64,000 nt of DNA, from NCBI GenBank assembly GCA_964016885.1, contig OZ024743.1, forward strand, positions 160,766,001 to 160,830,000, in the 5' to 3' direction. Positions 53,150 to 64,000 of this stretch are shown in pieces; positions within the stretch are counted from its first letter, which is position 1; each line of letters begins with the position of its first letter. Position numbers and translations under genes: made by a program. Below the pieces are notes generated by a model. The model made no database searches. It was not told the DNA's origin and worked only from the letters and a program-made list of their open reading frames with translations. The DNA comes from Eledone cirrhosa (taxonomy: Eukaryota).

Positions 53150-55613
53150 TTTCAGGCTTGAACTGTAACGTTTCCTTTCCCCACCAAACATTTCCTGTTT
53201 GTAGCAAGCTTATTATAGAGGAATTGCTTTAGTAAACACTTACTATTCACGCAGACGACAGGACGGGGTCCTGTGAAACTAGTTATTTGCAACAGAGTAT
53301 GTATTGTTGGATATTTTGCCCGTTCAAGCACTTCCGTATCTGAAAATAAAATTGAACGACGTGAATGAGGGTGCAAAGAATGTGTGAAAATTTCTCCCAA
53401 TTCAGGTGTCACATTGATCGACTAGGTGGGCCCTACAACTACTATAAAGTGCAGACGATTCTATTAAACAGAAAAGCGGTAGAAATACGACTGTAACAAG
53501 CTATAACGTGTATGCGCCAAACAAAGAGCCCGAATACAGATCCTAATGCCATACTTAAATGCACATGTTGGCACAGACTACCTAACATGAAAAGAAGTAA
53601 TTGGAAGGAACAGAGATCCCGATCCATATGGAGAGGCCTTATTAGACTAATGGAGAGGCCTTATTAGACTTCTCTACAAGTAATGGGTTCTCTATTATGA
53701 ACGACTTTTTCCAGCACAGAGACAACTATGTATGAGGGAAATTGGGGACAGTGATCAATAATTAATTTTGTTATCTCTTATCTCTTCGATTCTGTGCTGG
53801 ATGTTCGTGTTACGAGAGAAGCCGAGATGTCAACTCAGCCCCATTTAGTTATTTACAACCTGAATCTACCGAAGACCAAGAGAGCACGCAAAACCTGCAT
53901 GTCCAGTTCGACCTACAGAAAAAAGTGGGAAGCGCTAGCAGATAAGAACGTCAGGAACACGTTTGCGGAAACTATTGTATCCAAATTCAGAGCACTCTCT
54001 GAACAAACTGGGAACGTTGAATCGGAGTGAAGACTGTTCAGTGCGACAGTTTCTGCTTCAGCTGTTAAATGCTGCGGGAGAATGTGGCATGGTGTGGCAC
54101 TGGATTGCAGGAGCACCCCTTCGTTCATTCAATTGATCAAAGATACCATCCCAATAAAGGAGGAGGCTTACAAAGCTTGGTTTGGAAATAAGTTCTCCTT
54201 CTTGTTCTTGCGATACAAGCAGGGGCGAAACGTCGCTACAGAAAGATTAACGATGTCCAAAGTTAAGACATGGGAGAGCTTTGCTGGAATCTGACTTAAG
54301 ATCAGCAAATAAAGTGTTCTGGCAGAACATCGACCGATTTCGTAATAAAAAGCCCCTACACACCTATTATCAAAAATGCGTCTGGGATTGTCTTCCCTTC
54401 AGAAAGATGCATCCTCGCGAGGAGGAGAGAATACGTTGCTGATCTCCTAAACCAGATCACAGCAGCATCTTCTGATGTATATAAGGTGAATCTGGGAGCG
54501 ATACTGAGCTCTCGGAGGCTGAAATCACAAAAACAATTTAGGTAGCTTAAATGTGGCGATGCCACCGAGGAGGATACAATTCGGACTGAGATGTTAGTCC
54601 TTAAATAAGCAATGGTAATTGGGAGTGATAATCGCAAAGTTTTAAAAGAAAAACAAGAGAAATTTCTGAAGTTATAGAGTGATCGCCTAGGTAAGAGTCT
54701 GGCAAAGAGATGTAAGGATATTATCTAGTCCAAGCTACCTGACGAAGAGTGTGGTTATTGCCCCGGACGCCCCACAGCCAACCAAATATTCACACTGTGG
54801 CAGATCTTTGAGATATTCTGGGAGTACTGCCAAGAAATGTATATTTGATCGTAGACCTCGAAAAGTCATATGATCGCGTTCCATAGAACCAGCTGTGAAA
54901 CGTTGAGCAGAAGTAAGGGATCGATGGATAGGTTCTTGTCACTCTAATGTCCTTTTACAAATTCCATGGTATTTGTGTTCGGATAAATGGTTCTACCTCA
55001 AAACCATTCAATGTGGGTGTCGGACTGCGCCAAGGGTGCGTACTCTCACCTCTCCTGTTCCTAATCTTCATGAAACGGATTGGAATGCGCAGCTAGGTTG
55101 GAAGTGTTATCGAGACTGGTGAGTGTATATTTCGACTGTAATTTGAGGATGACATGATACTATTCAACTTGTCGAAAGGGGATCTCGGACATACACTTGA
55201 TAGGATTAACGCCGAGTGCTTCACAGTAGGGATGAAAGTCAGTGCTACGAAGACTGAGACATTTGTCCTACCAAAGAAGCATGCGAAATGCATTCTAGAT
55301 ATGAGTGGAGATCCACTAAAGCTAGTGGAGAAGTTCAAGTAACCCGAGTTGATGTAATACAAGAGGCTCAATTAAGTGAAAGAATGGCAGGAGCTGGTGC
55401 AGTAATACGCCTACTTCAGCATTCAGTCATCAGAAGATTAAAGGCAGATGTAAATGCAAAACTCACCCTTACTTATGGTTATGAATCCTGTGTAATGACT
55501 GAAAGTATACGATCGCGAACACAAGCGGCCAAAATGCTGTTCATAAGAAGGGTCTTTGGAGTAATTTTCCTCGATACAGTGCGTAGCTCGGAGATCAGAG
55601 AGTCTTTCAAATT
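53150..55613 (+). mobile_element. Decayed RTE-clade LINE (APE and RT remnants)
   Basis: VYAPN-like, GVGLRQGCVLSPLLF and LTYGYES remnants with many stops. Confidence 0.75.
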
Positions 55614-55949
55614 ATAACTTATATCACAACTAGCCATTATAACTGGTAGCCGTATAACTCTCCGCCACCTGCGACCTTTTCTCTAGCAGAACAGCTCTGC
55701 CGAGAAGAAATGGTATTTAACCAAGATAATATAAATTCCAAAATGTGCCCCCAAGCAAGTTATATTATTTATATAGATCGCAATTATTACCAGAGTTCTA
55801 AAATATACAGAACTTGGTGTAATAATGTTCCTTTAACAGTCATTTCCTAGCACCAGTTCAATATAATCATGAAATAGTTGTATAAAATTTGCATTCGTTT
55901 GTCTATGTTTTATTCAATAAAGTGTGCAGTATTGTCATAACTACAATCA

Positions 55950-56590
55950 ATACCGTTGGCTGAGAAACAGTTTTGATTCTAAACATTCTCTTCTCATTTC
56001 TTGATTCATCTCTCCATCGTGAAGCATGCAAAATGTTCTTGTTCCAGACTTCCCGACTTTTCATCACATCAAGAATATCCCGGCAATTGAGGCCAGTGTT
56101 CCTCGTCAACAGAGTCCTAATGGTTATGTTTGGACATCATACTCGGCGCATGCAGGTTCATCATTACGGGAAACATGACCAACAAAAGCCAAGAAACGGG
56201 ATCGAACTTCGGATAAAACTCGTGGCAGGTCTCCATAAAGAACCTAGTTGGTATTGTGACTTTGTCACGAAATGTTGAACACGACACGTAACATCTTGAT
56301 GCAGGAACATTTAAGTCTCCATGGGCGGTTGACACCGAGCATCCAGAACTCTGAACCATTTAGCAAGATGGCCTCGTGAGTAGCCTGGAATATCCTAAAG
56401 TTCGTAAATCTTGGGATGGGAGCCTTCCAGACGTTTTGCAGTTAAATTATTGCACTCCATGCTTGACCAATTTCGGCGGTCATGTCATGCTTAGAGTCAG
56501 TATAACCACCCAGATGCCTAAACTCCTGAAACAGTTCGATAGGTGAACCGTCAGAAGCATGTAGTTGATTGAGTGTGGATGGATTCAAAT
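55950..56590 (-). mobile_element. Decayed 3' RT fragment of another RTE-like LINE
   Basis: Minus-strand remnants EFRHLG, ILLNGSEFW and MLR..FNIS. Confidence 0.5.
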
Positions 56591-56779
56591 GAAAACATGT
56601 ACATGTAATATACTATATATATATATATATAGTGGTGGAACGCTGGAAGGTAATATCCGTAGTGGTAGAGCACTCAGTCCAAGGGACGAGTTAGGTAGAA
56701 GTGGTTACACAACAGTTAGTTCACCATACTGAGAACAATTGTTTCACCTTCGCGGATCTTCAGCTCGGGATGTGTACAC

Positions 56780-57735
56780 ATCTGCTAACAAAAACGCGTC
56801 TTGCGTTATCCTCTCTTCAGAGAGGTGCACCCTCGCGTGGTGGAATGAATATTTTGCTGATTTCCGAAACGCGATCATAACAGCATCTTCAGATGTACAC
56901 GAGGTGCATATAGGAGCGGTGACTAATCTCTCAGAGGCTGAGATCACAAGAGCAGTTAAAGGCCTCAATTGTGGCAAAGCCGACAGGGAAGATTAAATCC
57001 GGCCCGAGATATTAAAAGCCATAAATAGAGAAGTTATTCTCTGGTTGACTCGTGTGTACCGGGTGGCCTGGATCTCTCGAAAGGGACCTACGCAATGGCA
57101 ATCGGGAGGGATAATCTCAATTTTTAATGAATAGAGTCCCACTGAGGCATGTGGAGGAGTTTAAGTATCTTGGGGCCGTGTTCACGACTGTTCAAAGGCA
57201 GGAGACCGAATTAATTGCAAGAATTGCAGGAGCTGGTGCAATTCAGTATTCAGTAACCAAAAGAAGGAGTGTTGGCGTAAAAGCAAAACTCACTATTTTC
57301 AATTCGGTATTCGTGCTAGCCCTATGCTAATGAATCTTGATTAATGACCGATCGTGACTACAAGCGGCTGAAATGAGATTCCTCCGAAGGGTCTTTGGAG
57401 TAATAATACTCGATAAAGCACGTAGTTGAGCGATCAGAGAGTCACTCCAGGTAGAGCCGGTATTTCTCCGAACTGAGACATCACAGCTCCGATACTATGG
57501 GCATGTAGTTAGAATATATCAGGAAAGAATCGCTAGACAGATTTTACGGGGAAAACCAACAGGCAGGAAACCCAGAGATAGACCCCGAGCAAGATGGTTG
57601 GATAACATCCATGAGCTTGGCTGGTTACGCTTGGTGATCCAGCCGGATCAGCTGCATATGATTGCTTGTGACAGGATCCGCTGGAAGGTGTGTTTGGGGT
57701 ATCTGCCCCTACGACCCTCTCAGAAATAAGTGAGC

Positions 57736-57766
<31 letters not shown>

Positions 57767-57868
57767 AAGAAGAAGAAGAAGAAGAAGAAGAAGAAGAAGA
57801 AGAAGAAGAAGAAGAAGAAGAAGAAGAAGAAGAAGAAGAAGAAGAAGAAGAAGAAGAAGAAGAAGAAG
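56780..57868 (+). mobile_element. RTE LINE, internally deleted, with a long (GAA)n tail (57738-57868)
   Basis: VEEFKYLG; 3' end homologous to 30003-30500. Confidence 0.8.
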
Positions 57869-57899
57869 ATATATTATTTAGTTTTTATTCAGTATATAT

Positions 57900-58351
57900 T
57901 AAAATTAGCAAAAAGGAGAATATCTATGCAGAACTAAGAAATCTTCAGATACTACACCTTGACTATACCTTCAGATTTATACCTGTGATTATTGGGGCAC
58001 TGGGATATGTTACTAACAGCCTTAGTACAAATCTTGAGAAGCTGGGCTTCCCAGAAATAGAAAGAATACGACTAGTTAGGAAATTAGAAGCAGAATCCAT
58101 TAATGGAACAGTATAAATATGTAAAACATTCCAAAAATGCTGCATCTAATAACTGCATATAGAGATACAAATCATATGTACATTCACACATACAATAACA
58201 TCTATGCCTGCACACACATGCATGTAAACATGTATACATAACTACCTACTTGATGTTGTTTAAATTCTAATGAGAGAGTTTTGTGTCTATGTTAGAAACC
58301 GACTCTCTCTCTCTCTATTAGCAAAAATGTATAAAATTATAAAACCAGAAC
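57900..58351 (+). mobile_element. 3' fragment of the (CATA)n-associated R4-like element
   Basis: Homologous to 61748-62184; ends accagaacatacata. Confidence 0.8.
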
Positions 58352-58884
58352 ATACATATTTGATGGCAGAAACTCGATCTCGAGTAATGCCATCGCTAGA
58401 TACTTAATCATGAGCATCACTGGCGTGGCTTTTTAGTGCTGCTAGGGACTTGCCTATGACCAGCAATACCATGAATCACAAAACAATGTCACATATCAAG
58501 CGATATCTGTGCTTGAAGCTTTTTTAAATGAAGAAAGAATTGCACTGGCAAATCCCACTCTTTGAACATCGAATTGTCCCAAAACAACTGGTCTACATTA
58601 TTGGATGCAAACGAAATAGTAAATTTTATATCCGAGTGACCTTCTCCAAGAAGAGCTCTCGCTCCACCAAAAAATTAAACTTTTCTGGATGGCTGTTGAC
58701 TTTCCTGAGTTCCCCCACCCCTTGACAGGTTTTGTGTTTCATCCCGCAGGGTGTCCAAAGTCACCGACTTACATGTTACCAGTACATACATACATACATA
58801 CATACATACATACATACATGCATACATGCATACATACATACATACATACATACATACATACATACATACATACATACATACAAG

Positions 58885-61800
58885 CATGCATGACATCAGT
58901 CAACGCGATCAGTCGCATATTTTGGCGTGGGAGACTATTTATTAAATTTAAAATTAATATTATCTCCGACAGTAATGCCACAACTACAGCCAGGTTGAAT
59001 AACTGGTTATTCTTCTAACTTTCCCTTCTGAAGACACCTTTTATTCGAATTCGTGTAGATATCCGACTAAATACATAATTCATTTTACAAGGATATGCTA
59101 CAAACAGCATGGCTGAACACATCAACAAGAAAATTAAAGAAGTATCGAAGACAAATAACAAAGAAGGTAATCAAACTTTATTCAGCTGTAGCTACAGAAG
59201 AAACCGAAATTATAAATCGCATTTCTCTTGGAGTTGCGAACTTAATAATGATTTATTTAATTATTATAAAATGGCAAAAAACAATCCCTCCATTAGCTAT
59301 ATGAATAGAATGAAGTTACACTGGGACGAAATGCACCCAGAGCTAAATTATTTCACAGCGTAACAATTACGCCAACAAGCGACGTTTGTTGAACGTAAAA
59401 ATAAGATAAATATTATTAATTGTAAGTCCCCCCACAACAAACATGGAATCAACAACACGTGCTACAGATCGCCATGCTACTAGACTTCCTAGCAGCCAGG
59501 TCGAACAGCGCCTTGAAACAATTATGCCTGTACCATCTAAGTCTACTTCGAATGCAGGGGAAAACACTATCGATAATAATAATAATCGAGGAAATAATAA
59601 TAATAATCGAATAAATGTGACACCACGTATACCATCCGAGTCTACCTCGACTCTTGTGGAAAATACTATCTATAATGATAATCAAAAGTATAAACAATTG
59701 AAAATTTCCCTCAACGAAATTTTCCAGAGAGAAATTAACTCATGTATAAATATCTCTCTGGCTGAACGTGTTAAAATCACAATGGTGAATAAAAAACCAA
59801 ATAATGAAATACTACGTGTTATTGACGAAATAGTGGATGAATATTTACGACGGATAAAAACCCCAACGTTTTGGCAAATCAACGCCTGTTTATAATCCTT
59901 AGCAATGACAGTGAAGCATTATCTTGGTGATAGCAGAGATATTAACAAGAACAAAACAGCCCCAAAAATACCATCATGTATAACTAAAATAGAAAAAAAG
60001 AGTGCTGACCTAAGAAAAACATAGGACATGTGATAATGCTCCTTACATGCAAACAAACACAAAAAACCTCACTCCTCACCAACAAAGAGTGAAAAATAAA
60101 ATAGAGACGATGTTTGGTAACAGTAGAACCAGAACTCTCCAATATAAGCTGATCACCCTCAAACAAGAATTGAGAGCTGTTAGCGAAAAACGCCGATACC
60201 TGAAGAAGGTAGATGAGAGAAAAATGCTTAATAAAAGATTCAGACGAAACCAAACATCAGTGTATAGAGATATGAAGGGCAAAATAATAAGCGTCACTGA
60301 GGCCCCATCCCAGAAAGACATAGATTCCTTTTGGAGAAAAATATGGGGTGAAAAGAAAAATTTCAACCAAGATGCAGTGTGGCTAAGAGAAATCCGAAAG
60401 AACTATTGCTCCTACACTACAACAAAAACATACGAAATAAGTGAGGGTACCCTTGAGACTGTGATAGGAAAACTCCAAGATAAGAAAACACCAGGAAGAG
60501 ACATGATTGTCGGCTACTGGTACAAAAAACTGATATTTTATCGGAGATATCTTACTGACCTCTACCAACAAGTTCTTAAGGGAGATACACTTATACCAGA
60601 ATGGTTGACATTAGCACAAACGTTACTGGTCCCCAAGAACAAAGACACCCACTTGGTAAAAAACTACCGACCCATTGCATGCCAAAACCTGATGTATAAG
60701 ATGTATACAGCCTGCCTGAACCTATTCCTCCAAGATCACTGTGAAAATAATATCATCACAGATGAACAAGCAGCTGGAAAGAAAAGGGTTTGGGGATGTG
60801 CTGAACAACTCCTAATCAACAAAACTGCGATGTCGGAGGTGCGACAACTTAGGAGGAATATGACTACAGTATGGCTGGACTACAAGAAAGCTTTCGATTC
60901 TGTTCCCCACTCTTGGATGATAGAGGCCCTCCAACTTGGTAAAGTCGCCGACATTATTGTCAGAGCCATAGAGAGGCTGTCTTCTTCTTGGGCTACTATC
61001 CTAAGGTTAAAGACAGAGAAGGAGGACTCTATCTTCACTGATAAAATAAAATATTGCAGGGGTATATTTCAGGGGGACAGTCTCTCTGTGATATTGTTCA
61101 TCTTGTCATTAAACCCCTTGTCCTTTCTGCTCAAGAAATGTGAGGGATACATCATTGGCTCACAGGAGGACAGAAATACGAACCTAACCCATAACTTCTT
61201 TGTGGACGATCTGAAACTCTATGCCTAGAACATGGATGGGATGAAGAAAAATCTTGACCTGGTTACAACGTTCTCAAAGGATATAGGAATGGAGTTTGGT
61301 CAGGATAAATGCTCATACATGACTGTAAAGCGGGGAAAAACAACAACCCAATCTAGCAACATTATCATCAATGGCCTAACTGTTTCACCGATATCTGATG
61401 GGAGTATCAGGGAGGCAGAGGCATAACATCAGTCCAGACAACATTTGAATGTCGCATCATATCTCTCCAACAACATCTACGAACCTCGAAGCGTAGGAGC
61501 CCGCTTCTCGAGCAAGTCTATCTGCATGAAACAGATAAGATCATGAGAGTTGGGAAGGAACTCCTTGAGAGATATTCCCTGTGTGATAATCAAAAACTCA
61601 CACCCAGGGATGTCGCTCAGCAGTATCTCAGTGAATCCATGGATGAAAAACTGCATGCCTATCAGCAAAATATCATGCATGGATATCTTGCCAGGAATCT
61701 CCAAAGTGAGAGTAATGTAGATAAGGAAAGTAGTCTATCTTATGTCTTTATGCAGAACTGATGAGAAATCTGCAGATACTCCACCCTGATTACACCTTCA

Positions 61801-62184
61801 GATTTATGCCTGTGATTATTGGGGCACTGGGATATGTTAGTAACTGCCTCAATACAAATCTTGAGAAGCTAGGCTTCACAGGAACAGAAAGAACACAACT
61901 AGTTAGGAAATTACAAGTACAATCCATTAATGGAACAGTAAAAATATGTAAAACATTCCAAAAATGTGCATCTAATAACTGCATATACACATGTACAGAT
62001 ACAACTCAAAACATACACATCCACACATACAATAATATCCATATCTACACATGCATGCATGCAGACATACATACATATCTACCTAGTTGATGTGTAAATT
62101 CCAATGAGAGAGTCTTGTGTCTATGTTAGAAACCGACTCTCTCTCTCTATTGGTTAAACTTTGTGAAATCATAAAACCAGAAGA
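58885..62184 (+). mobile_element. (CATA)n-associated R4-like RLE element with both termini, internally deleted
   Basis: ORF 60047..61228 has NYRPIAC, DYKKAFDSVPH, GIFQGD and FVDD. C-terminus PVIIGALG. (CATA)n on both sides. Confidence 0.88.
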
Positions 62185-62206
62185 ACATACATACATACAT
62201 ACATAT

Positions 62207-62702
62207 ATGTTGCCAGGAAGCTCCAGAGTGAGAGTAATATAGATAAGGAAAGTAGTCTATCTTGGACCAACAACCGCTATATTGGCTCCCACTTTGAAGG
62301 ATACGCTTTTGCAATCCAAGAACAGGAGATTAACACGCAATACGTGATTCACAAAAGAGATAGGGATGCAGGCAAAACACCTAGATGGGATAACAAGTGC
62401 AGACTCTGCAGAACTAACACCGAGGATATCACCCATGTCATCAGCAGCTGTCCAAAGATGTCATCGCGGTACTATCTACCTATGAGGCATGATGAAGTGG
62501 CCAAAACACTGTACAATGCAGTTCGTAAAAAAGATAGCCCCGATAATAAACACAATAAAAGCTACAGCAATGTGGAAGATATCCACGTACATAATATGAA
62601 AGAGTACTGGCGGAATGATCCAGTAAAAACCCCAATAAAATGCAGGCATAGATCATATATTATGATATGGGACAGGGAGAAGAAAGCATGCACAATAGTG
62701 CA
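62207..62702 (+). mobile_element. Internal fragment of the same family (CCHC, RHD and start of RLE)
   Basis: CRLCRTNTEDITHVISSC and RHD in ORF 62344..62739. Confidence 0.8.
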
Positions 62703-64000
62703 AGCTTTCGAGTACGGCCACTACTTTATATCCATGTAGGAGAACCCCTACCGATGCGCTGAACGAGTGTGACTTTTTAGTCCAGCCAGCGACTTGAAAA
62801 CTCTGGTACAAACACTACACTTGTGACAATTATTGACACATAGTGCTGGGCCCATGGTACCATGTGACGACAAGTGCAGAGAGATCTCCAGATATAAAGC
62901 AATGCCTGTGCCGTGAAGCTTTTATATACATACATACATACATACATACATACATACATACATACATACATACATACATACATACATACATACATACATA
63001 CATACATACATACATACATACATACATACTTGAGAGTGTGAAGTGCGAAACAAGTACAACGGTAATATAAAATATAAAAATAGAGTTTTATGAAACGAAG
63101 AGCGGTAGAAGCAACAGATGAATACAAAGGATCGAGGAAGGAATACATTGTACCTTAAGTAACCGGAAGTCTTTACAGCACATATTTCTGCGGTATAAGT
63201 GAATGGCCGCCAAAGAGAAGATTACTAATATGCAAACACCATACAAAACAACTTCTCACGGGCTGGTATATTTAAGACTATTATTGCTGGTTCTACAAAT
63301 AATTTCTATATTTTCTCGGATTTATCTGCTTCAGAGTAACTTTTTATCTTAGTAGTAGAATGCAAATCTATTGTAGGTAGCTTTAAATCACTGTCAGAAT
63401 TGAACTTAGCACTACATATCTGGATCATAGACTTAATCTATTATTCAGTTTAACACTATTACTCGACTTTGGACTTTTTAGTGTTCATTCTTCTGAAAGC
63501 ATTCAGATTAGTTCACTGATCTGTGAATAATCCTTCTCTCCACCCGTCTCTGAAGCCTTACAAATAATCAGATGCGTTCCTTTGTCTTCTCTCACTAAGC
63601 CATTAAAAAGGTTAAAGGATCATTTTTGAAGTTTCATAAGATACTACGGCTTTCGATAGTCAGCTATATGTCTGTGTTGTATCTACTTACTGCTAAGTGG
63701 ACTGAGTCGATTGGAATTAAGTACATTAGTAAAAGACACACTCGTCAGTGTATAAACCTCCGACTACTCCGATTCAATATTGATTTGACCATTTATAATC
63801 TATACAGAGAAGATGGTAATTAGGTAATACCAGACTATCCTTCTGCCTGTTGTTAATACAGAGGCTGTTGATTAGCAGTCACTAATTGGACGTGAAATGT
63901 CAACGGAGTCTAGAAAATGCGAATATTGTATCAAAATCTCATTGAATATATGGAGGTATGGAGCAACTTGTAAAGACCCTGTTGGTTTAAATGTCATTTA

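Noticed and set aside
58380-58783. GC-richer segment abutting (CATA)n, possibly the 5' end of another LINE with an HDV-like ribozyme
   Set aside because: Single copy in the window, and I could not build the pseudoknot or find coding motifs.
63023-63060. UUGAGAG..GAAACAAGUA hammerhead-like string
   Set aside because: Core mismatch and no stem I pairing.

Overview
This is repeat-dense, AT- and microsatellite-rich metazoan DNA. The SINEs and repeat landscape suggest an octopus or other cephalopod, which is inference only. I found no convincing host-gene exon. The window holds four head-to-tail, 5'-truncated R4/Dong-type RLE retrotransposons plus a near full-length Tx1/L1 element nested in one (AAT)n tract. 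It also holds a second R4-like RLE family tied to (CATA)n tracts, decayed RTE LINEs, tRNA-derived SINEs and several Penelope-like (RT/GIY-YIG) elements with pseudo-LTRs. The main signal not explained by the ORF track is RNA structure. Manual reading found about 9 unrelated families of type I hammerhead ribozyme folds, about 15 copies in total and mostly near (TA)n tracts. Many have non-canonical cores (U3-A8 swap, U4A, U4C, GCAA). Two unrelated non-coding tandem units of about 424 and 426 nt each carry a hammerhead and share an octamer plus a CGAG..TTAAT.GGCCG motif; these are retrozyme (circRNA-type retroelement) candidates. A 720-bp palindrome carries two outward-facing hammerheads. All folds were paired by eye, and no activity or expression is shown.
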